64,000 bases of DNA from an uncultured Chloroflexia bacterium. Its GTDB lineage: Bacteria > Chloroflexota > Anaerolineae > CG2-30-64-16. Under the pieces are notes generated by a model that worked only from the letters and a program-made list of their open reading frames with translations, was not told where the DNA came from and did no database searches. The translations under genes were made by a program, and so were the position numbers. Of the stretch, positions 52,324 through 61,365 are shown piece after piece; positions within the stretch are counted from its first letter, which is position 1, and every line of letters starts with the position of its first letter. The stretch is taken from positions 256,001-320,000 of the forward strand of contig CAVZDU010000001.1 of assembly GCA_963774265.1 (NCBI GenBank), written 5' to 3'.

Positions 52324-54000
52324 ATGCCAAAACTGCTGCTGACTTCTGATCTCACGCTCTACGGCGCGCTGCACAAAATCATCGCAGCAAATCGTCGGAA
52401 GCCAGCCGTGACGTTTGAGGGCCAGACGATCACCTACCAAGAGTTGGGCGAGCGCGTCGATGCCCTTGCGCATGGCTTGCGCGGTTTAGGGGTTGGCCCA
52501 GGCGACCGAATTGCCGTCATTCTCCCGAACTGCCTGGAATTCGTCTATGCTTTCTTTGCGCCCGGGGCGCTTGGGGCTGTGATGATCCCCATTAATCCGG
52601 TATCCACCCAGCGGGAGATGCAGCACATCCTTGCGGACTGTGAGGCTTCGGTGGTTATCACGGAAGCCCGTCCGATGGGCAACAATCTACCGGCGATCCT
52701 ACAAGCCATCCGGCCGTCGTTGTCCAAATTGCGCCATGTAGTCATGCGCGGCGAGGCCATGCCGGGAGCGATAGTCTTGACGGAGCTGATGCGAGAGGCG
52801 GGGCTCCTGCAGCCGGAACAGGTGTCGCCCGAGGATCTCTGCGCCCTGATCTACACATCGGGCACCACGGGCACCCCAAAGGCGGTGATGCAGAGCCATC
52901 GCAGCATCATCGCGGCCGTCAGGTACGGTGAGAGTTCCATTAAAGAATTAACAAGCGCGCGATTCTTGCTCAAACTCCTCCGCACATACGATCTGCGCTT
53001 CCTGAAATGGGCTTTGCGCCAGCACTCGGCCCTTTCGCCTGCGGCGATGCATGCTCTGCTGGGCTACAGCGCGCTTGTGTATGGCCTGCTGTACGGCTCC
53101 AGGGTCGTGATCGCCGATCGCTTCAATCCGGCCAAGGTGCTGGCGCTGATCGAGCAAGAGCAGGTTAACATGCTCATGGCAACGCCCACGATGGTTTCGG
53201 CGCTATTGAACAGCCGGGAGTTCTCTCCGCGCAAGGTCACCTCTTTGCTTTACGTCGCAATGGGTGCTGCCCCCTGTCCGCCAGAGTTGGTGCGCCGGGC
53301 GCGGGAGATGTTCGGCTGCCCTGTGCTGATCGCTTTCGGTGCGACCGAGATCGGGGTGACGCTCACGACGAGCCCCACTGACTCTGATGCGATGCAGTTG
53401 GAGACTGTTGGGCGCCTGATCCCAGGCATCGAGGCCAAGGTAGTGGATGAGCAACATCGAGAGATGCCGCGCGGCCAGACAGGGGAGCTGGCTATGCGCC
53501 TGCCCAGCGTGATGCTCGGTTACTACAACGCACCGGAAACAAACGCCACGGTGTTTGACCAGGAAGGCTGGTACTTTACGGGCGACCTGGCCACCATGGA
53601 CGAGGAAGGCTATTTCCGCATCGTGGGACGCAAGAAGGATATGATCATCCGCGGCGGCCAGAACATCTATCCCCCCGAAATCGAAAACCATCTATCGGGC
53701 AAGCCCGGCATCGCCAACGTGGCCGTCGTCGGCGTACCTGACCCCGTCGCCGGCGAGCGCGTCTGGGCCTTCGTCCTGCCAACGGAAGGTGCGCAGTTGA
53801 CGCCTGCCGACGTCTTAGGTTACTGCCGCGGTGAACTGGCCCCGTACAAGGTGCCCGAACAAGTACGCGTGGTGTCTGAGCTGCCAATGACGAGCACCGG
53901 AAAAGTACAGAAGTTCGTGCTACGCGCGCGCGCTCTCAAGGAACTGGAGCAGGCGGGAGCCGCCACGGCGCCGGGACCGAGGCAAGATGCATCTTCATGA
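52324..54000 (+). CDS. AMP-dependent acyl-CoA/acyl-ACP ligase (ANL family)
   Basis: YTSGTTGTPK, FGATE, TGDL, GRKKDMIIRGG and TGKVQK motifs. Confidence 0.92.
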   Translation: MPKLLLTSDLTLYGALHKIIAANRRKPAVTFEGQTITYQELGERVDALAHGLRGLGVGPGDRIAVILPNCLEFVYAFFAPGALGAVMIPINPVSTQREMQHILADCEASVVITEARPMGNNLPAILQAIRPSLSKLRHVVMRGEAMPGAIVLTELMREAGLLQPEQVSPEDLCALIYTSGTTGTPKAVMQSHRSIIAAVRYGESSIKELTSARFLLKLLRTYDLRFLKWALRQHSALSPAAMHALLGYSALVYGLLYGSRVVIADRFNPAKVLALIEQEQVNMLMATPTMVSALLNSREFSPRKVTSLLYVAMGAAPCPPELVRRAREMFGCPVLIAFGATEIGVTLTTSPTDSDAMQLETVGRLIPGIEAKVVDEQHREMPRGQTGELAMRLPSVMLGYYNAPETNATVFDQEGWYFTGDLATMDEEGYFRIVGRKKDMIIRGGQNIYPPEIENHLSGKPGIANVAVVGVPDPVAGERVWAFVLPTEGAQLTPADVLGYCRGELAPYKVPEQVRVVSELPMTSTGKVQKFVLRARALKELEQAGAATAPGPRQDASS

Positions 54001-54053
54001 GGCGCTTAAGTGTGTCCGAAACAAACACGAGGGGGAATAGCGGAGGGAGACCC

Positions 54054-54332
54054 ATGCCACAGCCCACAGTCGCATCGTTCGAGGAATTTCGTCAGTTCCT
54101 GTCAGATCAACTCGCCGTCTCCAAGGAGGTGCTGACACCGGACACGAATTTCTTGTACGACCTGGCGATCGAGTCCCTGAAATTGCTGGAATTGATGCTG
54201 CAATTCGAGCTCCAGCTCGGTGTGCGCGTCCCCAGCGACGCAGCCTGGGAGGTCCAGACAGTTGGTGACGCGTACCAGCTCTACGTTGACCTGGTCCAGG
54301 AGGATCCGCAGTCTCGAATGACGCGGAGCTGA
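54054..54332 (+). CDS. Acyl carrier protein
   Basis: DLAIESL (phosphopantetheine Ser in a DSL-like motif) and QTVGDA; acidic, 92 aa. Confidence 0.8.
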   Translation: MPQPTVASFEEFRQFLSDQLAVSKEVLTPDTNFLYDLAIESLKLLELMLQFELQLGVRVPSDAAWEVQTVGDAYQLYVDLVQEDPQSRMTRS

Positions 54333-54358
54333 GATGCTTTCCGGTGCGGGAGTGCAAG

Positions 54359-55876
54359 ATGATTGACCGTATCAGGTCCCAGCTAAGTCTATTGGCATAT
54401 CGCGTTTGGCGCTTCACGATCATACTGCCCTGGCTGTTGGCCGCCCAGATAGCCCGGCTGCTGTATGGTTTTCGAGTGGAGGGCATGGAGCATGTGCCAA
54501 CCAAGGGGCCTTTCATCCTGGCCATCCATGAGCACTCGCCAATCAGCATGTTCGTCTCCGGTTTTGTCTCAGCGAGCGTTATGAGCCGGCTGCTGGATGC
54601 GGGTCCCATCAGCACCATGTCCTACATGCATGAAGAGCTGTTCGCCCTGAGCCTGTTCCGCAAGCTCCGGCAGAGAAAAGCCCGTGAAAAATTCGGAGCG
54701 CTCCTGCCGCGTTCGGCGGGCAACCTGGCCATGAGCCTGCTGGATGGATATCGCGTCTTGCGCGAGGGCGGATTGGTCGTCTTGAACCCAGAAGGAGATC
54801 TGCCTTGGGATGGTCGCCCCCTGCCCATCGGGGGGGCGCTGTCCTGGTTAGCGCTTCACTCCGGCGCCCCGGTCGTGCCCGCCCTTTGTTCGCCAGGCGC
54901 CTACGATATCTGGCCGCGCTGGAAGCCACTGCCTCACCTCCGTGGCAACCTTACGCTCAAGATCGGCGCTCCGATTACCCTCACGAGTGCGCCCCGGAGC
55001 ACCTGCACGGACGCGGAGCTGGCCGCGGGGACCGCGCACCTCCGGGCCGAATTTAATCGCCTTCACTACGACGGCGCGGGAGTTGAGGCCTGGATGGGCA
55101 CCCCCACGCGGCATGGGCAACCCATCCAATTTTCACCAGTGGCGACTCTGCAGGCAGGACGGCAGGCGCCGCAGGACGGAAAGACGCCGAACCATCGACG
55201 TGAGCTTGCCCTGCTGCTCTGGCGTTGTCCGGTGTGCCGGACCGAGGACAGTTTGCGGCACGAGCATCCCTGGTTCCGACCCGACGTCCTGACGTGTTTG
55301 GCCTGCGGCACTGGCTGGCAGGTGCGCCGGCAGCCGGGGAGAGACTTCCGCCTGAAGGTCTTAACCGGCCCGCAAGACCTCCTCGGCGTCGAGATGGGGC
55401 TTGCGGCCTGGTTCGACGAAATGAAACGGGAGTTCAGCCTCGTCGCAAGGCAGGTGAATGGTGTGGGGCTTTTGGCTGGCGAACAGGTATATCTGGAAGC
55501 GCCGAATGTGCAGTTGAAACCTCACCAACCTACTGCACTGCTAGACGGCTGGCCGGAACGCGAGGCGCCGCGGGTCCAGCCGCACGGCCGGCCCCAACTG
55601 GCAAGTTGGGCCAATATCGGGAGCGGACGGTTACTGCTGACGAGTCATCGCCTGCTCTGGCAGAACGCGCACACGGAAGTAGACTTCTTCTGGCCAACCA
55701 CAATGGCAGTGTATCTCTGGATGCAGAACACCTTAGGAATCCGGTATGGGGCGGCGCCATATCACTTCACGCTCGGCAAGGAGGCAGGCCTCAAGTGGCT
55801 TTCGTATGCGAATACCCTGGCCCAAGAAGCAGCCCAGCGCAGAGGCAGTCAGTCAACTACTTCCAATCCTGAATAA
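54359..55876 (+). CDS. PlsC-like acyltransferase with C-terminal Zn ribbon and PH-like region
   Basis: VEGMEHVP, NPEGD and APVVP motifs; CPVC...CLAC; GRLLLTSHRL. Confidence 0.75.
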   Translation: MIDRIRSQLSLLAYRVWRFTIILPWLLAAQIARLLYGFRVEGMEHVPTKGPFILAIHEHSPISMFVSGFVSASVMSRLLDAGPISTMSYMHEELFALSLFRKLRQRKAREKFGALLPRSAGNLAMSLLDGYRVLREGGLVVLNPEGDLPWDGRPLPIGGALSWLALHSGAPVVPALCSPGAYDIWPRWKPLPHLRGNLTLKIGAPITLTSAPRSTCTDAELAAGTAHLRAEFNRLHYDGAGVEAWMGTPTRHGQPIQFSPVATLQAGRQAPQDGKTPNHRRELALLLWRCPVCRTEDSLRHEHPWFRPDVLTCLACGTGWQVRRQPGRDFRLKVLTGPQDLLGVEMGLAAWFDEMKREFSLVARQVNGVGLLAGEQVYLEAPNVQLKPHQPTALLDGWPEREAPRVQPHGRPQLASWANIGSGRLLLTSHRLLWQNAHTEVDFFWPTTMAVYLWMQNTLGIRYGAAPYHFTLGKEAGLKWLSYANTLAQEAAQRRGSQSTTSNPE

Positions 55877-55951
55877 GCCGGCAAAGCGCACTCTACGATC
55901 GCTCTGAGTAACGAACAGAGCTCAAGCCCTTCAGTCTGCACGCAAACAGGA

Positions 55952-56746
55952 TCATTCCTGCAATTGCTCCATTGTCTCGATGATGCGGCTGGTGCGCTGC
56001 GCCTTGTCTGCCGTGCTTTCGTGGCTAACCTGCCGCACGATCTGGCCGTCCTTCAGAAAGACCGTCCGGTCGGCGTAGGCGGCTGCCCGCGAATCGTGTG
56101 TGACCACGATGATCGTCTGGCCAAGCTCATCACACGACCGGCGCAAGAGGTCCATGATCGCCGTGCCCGTCTTGGAATCCAGGTTGCCGGTTGGTTCGTC
56201 GGCCAGGACGATCGCAGGCTCAGTCACCAGGGCGCGGGCCACAGCCACCCGCTGCTGTTCGCCGCCCGACAGTTGGTCCGGCTTGTGATGCCGGCGGTCG
56301 CTCAGTCCCACCAGTTCCAGCACCGTATCGATGCGCGCCTGATACTTGCTCAGATTCTGCCCATCGATGATGAGTGGCAGAGCGACATTTTCTTCCGCGC
56401 TCAACGTCGGAAGCAGGTTGAAGAATTGAAAGACAAAGCCAACGTTATGGCGCCGCACCAGCGTGGCCTCATTGTCACTTAGAACGGAGAAGCGGTGACC
56501 CGCAAGTGTCACCTCGCCGTCAGAAGGCTTGTCGAGGCCGCCCAACAGGTGCAGCAGGGTCGATTTGCCGCTGCCCGACGGCCCCATGATCGCAACAAAT
56601 TCTCCCTTCTCCACGACGAAATCGACATCAACCAGGGCATTCACCTGGTGCTCGCCCATCACATATTGCTTACCGAGCGAACTTGTCTCCAGAATAGACC
56701 TGCTGCTCAAGATGAAGGCGGTAGGTAGCTGCGGCAGCGATGTCAT
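55952..56746 (-). CDS. ABC transporter ATP-binding protein (LolD/MacB-like)
   Basis: GPSGSGKST, LSGGEQQRV, LADEPTGNLD and VTHD motifs. Confidence 0.95.
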   Translation of the reverse strand: MTSLPQLPTAFILSSRSILETSSLGKQYVMGEHQVNALVDVDFVVEKGEFVAIMGPSGSGKSTLLHLLGGLDKPSDGEVTLAGHRFSVLSDNEATLVRRHNVGFVFQFFNLLPTLSAEENVALPLIIDGQNLSKYQARIDTVLELVGLSDRRHHKPDQLSGGEQQRVAVARALVTEPAIVLADEPTGNLDSKTGTAIMDLLRRSCDELGQTIIVVTHDSRAAAYADRTVFLKDGQIVRQVSHESTADKAQRTSRIIETMEQLQE

Positions 56747-56840
56747 GCCAGTCTCCCCCTTACTAGCCAGTGGACTTTGATCCCCACGAAGGCACTCAAT
56801 TACTGCAGCCTGCCGATGACCCCGAACTCAATGCAGAGCG

Positions 56841-58220
56841 CTACTCCGCAAGAAGCAGGGGCAACCAGCACTCCAGCAGGAATGCCCCTCGCGTTGCCGT
56901 AGGTGATGGCGTCATCGTCATCGATGGCGTGTTGGTCGCCGTCGCGGTCACCGTCGACGTGGATGTGGCAGTCGACGTGGACGTCGCGGTCGGCGTGGGA
57001 AGATGCTCAGGCACGGCGCTGACCTCTGCCGAGGACTGGTGCTCGTTGCCGGAGGCATCGCGACTGCGTACGACATAGTAATATCGGGTTCCACCCACCA
57101 CATCAATATCCTGGTAGGAGGACACGCGTCCTACCGCGGCAAGCGGAACGCCCGAGTATGCCCCGCTCTGCGTACTGCGATAGATGTTGTATCCGGCGAT
57201 TGCGGTATACGCCGGGAAACTCCAACTGACCAGAACGGCGTTCGCTTGCCCCACAGCCGCGACGTCCTGCGGCGCCGTCTGAGCGTCCCGCGTGACGCTC
57301 CCCGCCTGGATGTCCGCCTCCGCATCTTCGCCGTACAGGTAACTGAAGTACTGCGGCTGATCGCGCAAGTAGTAGTTCAGCCAGGCTGTTGTGTAGCGGT
57401 TCGCCAGTCGCACGCGTTCCGCGCTATATTGCCCCCCTCCCAAGAACGTGCAGAGCGTGTAACATGCCGTTCGCTCCAGCGAACCGGGGAAGTCCACAAA
57501 ATCGCAGTGGTTCCCGCCGTCAAGCACCCATAGCGTCTTGTGATCCGAACCTACCACCGGATACATGGAAGTATAGTTTGCAGAGCTGTTGCAACCTTGC
57601 GATGGCGCGCCGATCACGGCCAGGGGTGCGCTGATCTGCGGCGCCTCTGCGGCATAGTCCCACGGGGTGCCCATAAGCTCCGGCGGGTTAACGGGATCCA
57701 GCCCCACAGCCACTTGCACCCTTGGCTCTCGGGCTAAGACCATCAGCGTAGTCAGCCCGCCCAGCGAGTGGCCAAGAAGCCCGAAACGATCGGTGTCGAT
57801 GAGGCCGTAGAACGACGAGGCAGCGTTGACGTTCTCTGCCTCGAGGTAGGAAAAAAGATATTGCACGTCGGCGGCCCGCGCCTCAATGTCCTCGCTCGGG
57901 AAGTCCGCCACAAAGACAATGTAGCCCCAGCTTGCAAGATGGATGCCGTTGCCCGAGTAGTTACCGGAGCTGGACAAAAAGCCGCGTGCAAATACCAGGG
58001 TGGCATAGGGCGCGCCACTGGGATCGATCTGCCCACCACCGGACGGATAGTAAACATCCGTGGCAAGTTCGTCACCGTTGCCCGGATTCGTGAGGGTGAT
58101 CGACATCGAACCCGTCGTGTAAGGCCCTGGATCGCCAGGATCTGAGAGAGGCTCCGATCGCACCCCGGCAGATGTTCCCAACAACAGGGCAATACAGACA
58201 ACAAGAGAAACCCAGCGCAT
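56841..58220 (-). CDS. Secreted alpha/beta hydrolase (chlorophyllase/cutinase-like) with FN3 domain and Thr-rich tail
   Basis: Signal peptide; GHSLG, LDPV and NHCDF motifs; FN3 AGYNIYRS...YYYVVRS; PTATSTST tract. Confidence 0.8.
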   Translation of the reverse strand: MRWVSLVVCIALLLGTSAGVRSEPLSDPGDPGPYTTGSMSITLTNPGNGDELATDVYYPSGGGQIDPSGAPYATLVFARGFLSSSGNYSGNGIHLASWGYIVFVADFPSEDIEARAADVQYLFSYLEAENVNAASSFYGLIDTDRFGLLGHSLGGLTTLMVLAREPRVQVAVGLDPVNPPELMGTPWDYAAEAPQISAPLAVIGAPSQGCNSSANYTSMYPVVGSDHKTLWVLDGGNHCDFVDFPGSLERTACYTLCTFLGGGQYSAERVRLANRYTTAWLNYYLRDQPQYFSYLYGEDAEADIQAGSVTRDAQTAPQDVAAVGQANAVLVSWSFPAYTAIAGYNIYRSTQSGAYSGVPLAAVGRVSSYQDIDVVGGTRYYYVVRSRDASGNEHQSSAEVSAVPEHLPTPTATSTSTATSTSTVTATATNTPSMTMTPSPTATRGAFLLECWLPLLLAE

Positions 58221-58342
58221 GCTTGGGACCCTCCCGAGAACACATTGTAAGCATCACCAACAGGCGATAGGCGTTAAGGAAGTCCGGCCCGGGGTCACTC
58301 AAGTCATGCGGCGGATCTGTCGGCCATCCACGCCACGTTCGC

Positions 58343-59694
58343 CTATTCGATCGTCACCGTGGCGGTCATGTTCCAGCGGAGGCGCTCCTCGTAATTGTCA
58401 GGCTGGACGACCACGGTGTAGGTCATCTCGCCTTGCTTCTTGGCGCCCATCGGTTTGATCCGGACGACCTTGCCGGTCAACGTCACCCCGGGCAGCGCAT
58501 CGAACTCCAGGTTCACCGGCGCGCCTTCTTTGACTTTGACCACATCCAGCTCGGTCAGGTCGTCGGTCTCGATGTGCCAGGCCGCAAGATCGGCCAGCTG
58601 CATCACCGGCGTCCCCGCCAGGACCTGTTCGCCGACCACCGGCGCAATCTCGGCCACCGTCCCGGCGAAAGGCGCCTTCAACTCGGCATCGCTCAAGGCC
58701 GTGCGCGCCTCCTTCAGGCTGGCTTGCGCCGCAGCCAGGTTCGCCTCGGCCGCCTGCACGGTCTCAGATCGCGCGCCCGCTTGCAGCAGGTCGAACTGCG
58801 CCTGGGCGCGGCGGAGCTCGGCCTCGGCCGCCGCCAGGTCTTCGGCCCGTGCCGGGGCGCTGAGGCTGGCGAGCTGGGCCTGCGCCTGGCGCACCTGCGC
58901 CCGCGCCGCCGCCAGGTCGCCGGGGCGCGCGCCGCGTTTCACATCCTCCAGCCGGGCCCTGGCCGCATTGAAGGCGTTAGTCGCTTGTTCCAGCGCCAAG
59001 GCTTCGGGCCGGCGGCCAATATCGGACGAGCCGGCCACGGCGTCATAGACTGCCTGGGCTTGGCGTAGCGCCGCCTCCGCATTGGCCAGGTCGGCGGTGG
59101 CCGCGATCACCTGGGGTTGGGTGGCGCCTTCCCGGACTTGCTGCAGGTTCGCGGTCGCACCATCCACCACAGCCTGGGCCGCGGCAATGTCTTCCGGCTT
59201 CCCACCGGCTTTGATCATGGCCACCTGGCCCGCGGCCGCGTCGACGGCCGCCTGGGCACTCTGGAGCTCCTCGGCCCGCGCGCGGCCGTGAGCTCGTCCA
59301 ACTGGGCCTGGCTGCGTGCGACGCCCGCCTCGGCCTGGGCGACGGCCGCCTCCAGGCGCGCTTGCCGCAGGCGCAACAGGGGCTGACCCGCCGCAACCTG
59401 CTCTCCCTCCGCCACGAGCACCTCCCCCACGATGCCGCTAACCGGCATGCTGAGCGAAGCCTCCAGGGCCGGCACGACCACGCCGTCGGCCACAACCTTG
59501 TCGGGCACGCGCACGGGCTGCGGAGTCGCAGTTGGCGCTGCGCTGCCCGCGGCCGGTGCACCGCCGGTGCATCCCGCCAAGGCGATCAACACGCCGAGCA
59601 ATGCCAGGAGGGCCCAGACTGGGCCTACCCCACCCAAGGACCGCCGGGTCCGCCGGATGTCGTTGAACCTCGTGTTTGCTGGGAACCCGTTCAT
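58343..59694 (-). CDS. HlyD-family efflux periplasmic adaptor lipoprotein; frameshift near 59280
   Basis: Lipobox LAGC, VLVAEGEQVAAGQPL, long coiled coil, LKAPFAGTV and LRWNMTA motifs. Confidence 0.88.
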
Positions 59695-59889
59695 GGCCTG
59701 CCTCCGTCTTTCTGTCAACGCTGATAGTCGTAGGCCAGCACCTGAAGTACGCCGAGGTTGGCCGCCGGCTGGACCAGGAGGTCGCCGCCGGCAACCGGGA
59801 TCACGACCACCAGGGCAAGCCGGTGCACCATGCAGTCGATCGAAGCGCCAATAAGGAGAACAAAAACACCAAACCCTGTTTCAGTTAAG

Positions 59890-59918
59890 ACTATACCCGG
59901 AACGGGCTGACGTGTCAA
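59890..59918 (-). promoter_or_regulatory. Sigma70 promoter for the HlyD gene
   Basis: TTGACA (59918-59913), 17-bp spacer, TATAGT (59895-59890). Confidence 0.7.
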
Positions 59919-60033
59919 GCCAAATGATCACTTGCGACCCCGCCTGCCAGACATGGCGACGGCCGCCGGTGTTTTGCGAATGAAGATCGCGGGTTCATCC
60001 GGGCGTGGTTGATTGGCCCCTGCGGCTACTTTG

Positions 60034-60142
60034 TGCTATACTAAATCATCCTAATTGCAGCGTTGAGTTATGCTTTCGAGCCCTTGGAGATGGGGTATCA
60101 CACCGCCCTGCGGCGTAAGCGTCTCCAAGGGATCTCGAAGGC
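60034..60142 (+). promoter_or_regulatory. Extended -10 promoter and structured 5' leader of dnaN
   Basis: TGcTATACT at 60034-60042; 21-bp stem spanning 60072-60142. Confidence 0.55.
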
Positions 60143-60168
60143 TGATCGTGACCTCAGGAGGTATCGCC

Positions 60169-61356
60169 GTGCGTCTGTCCGTCATGCAAGAAAACCTCGC
60201 CAAGGGCCTGTCCATTGTCGGCCGCGCGGTCTCTTCGCGCAGCACACTGCCCGTGCTGAGCAACATCCTGCTGAGCACAGACGAAGATCGGCTGAAGCTC
60301 GCAGCGACCAACCTCGAAGTCGGGGTCAGCTGTTGGTTGGGCGGCCAGATCGAGGACGATGGCGCGGTCACCCTGCCCGCGCGCCTTCTCACCGACTGGG
60401 TCAACTCGATGCAGGCGGGCCGCATCGATATGGAGCTCAGCGTGCGCACCATGAGCGTCCATCTCCGGAGCGGCCGGTCAGAGTCGAACATCAAGGGGAT
60501 CGACGCCAGCGAGTTCCCACTGATCCCCACGGCCGACGGCGAGCAGCCGCTCGGCCTGCCCCCGGCCACCATCCGGCAGATCATCGACCAGGTGGTCTTC
60601 GCCGCGGCCGATGCCAAGGATACCAGCCGCCCAGCGCTGACCGGTGTGTTGGCGAAATTTGAAGGGGACCGCCTGACGCTTGCTGCGACCGATGGCTACC
60701 GGCTCTCCGTGCGCCGCACCATCCTCCCTTCCGCCGCACCCACAGACGCAACGGTCATCATCCCCGCGCGCTCCCTGTCTGAGGTCAGCCGCATCAGCGG
60801 TGAAGCTGACGCGGACCGGCCCGTCGATTTCGCGGTGGCCAGCGCGCGCAACCAGATTCTCTTCCGGCTTTACGGCAAGGGCGAGGGTGACAAGGGCGGC
60901 GCCTTCCACCAGGTCGACCTGGTGTCCCAGCTCATCGATGCGAAGTTCCCGGACTTCAACGCGATCATTCCCAAGAACTGCGTCACGCGCACCGTGCTCG
61001 ACACCGGCGCGTTCCTGCGCGGCCTCAAGGTCGCGTCGCTGTTCGCCCGCGATGCCTCCGACCGCGTCGTGTTCACCATCACCCCCGGCGCGGACACGGA
61101 GCCGGGACAGTTGACGATCCGTGCCACCTCTCAAGAGGCCGGCGACAATGTCAGCGATCTGGATGCATTGGTCGAAGGGACGCCCGTTGAGATCGCCTTC
61201 AACGTCCGCTACCTGATGGACGTGCTGAACGTGATCGACACGCCGCAGGTCGTGCTTGAAACCACGCGCTCCGACCGCCCCGGCGTAATCCGCCCCGTGG
61301 GCGCGGGGCCGGAAGAGTTCACGCACGTCATCATGCCCATGCAGATCCAGAAGTAG
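60169..61356 (+). CDS. dnaN: DNA polymerase III beta sliding clamp
   Basis: STLPVLSNILL, ATNLE, ATDGYRL, IAFNVRYL and VIMPM motifs; AGGAGGT RBS. Confidence 0.97.
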   Translation: MRLSVMQENLAKGLSIVGRAVSSRSTLPVLSNILLSTDEDRLKLAATNLEVGVSCWLGGQIEDDGAVTLPARLLTDWVNSMQAGRIDMELSVRTMSVHLRSGRSESNIKGIDASEFPLIPTADGEQPLGLPPATIRQIIDQVVFAAADAKDTSRPALTGVLAKFEGDRLTLAATDGYRLSVRRTILPSAAPTDATVIIPARSLSEVSRISGEADADRPVDFAVASARNQILFRLYGKGEGDKGGAFHQVDLVSQLIDAKFPDFNAIIPKNCVTRTVLDTGAFLRGLKVASLFARDASDRVVFTITPGADTEPGQLTIRATSQEAGDNVSDLDALVEGTPVEIAFNVRYLMDVLNVIDTPQVVLETTRSDRPGVIRPVGAGPEEFTHVIMPMQIQK

Positions 61357-61365
61357 TCAGGCGTT

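Noticed and set aside
56895-57000. Repetitive DNA suggesting a tandem repeat or array
   Set aside because: It encodes a Thr/Pro/Ser-rich protein linker.
59700-60168. Replication origin next to dnaN-recF-rsmG
   Set aside because: No dnaA gene, no TTATCCACA cluster and no extended AT-rich unwinding region were seen.
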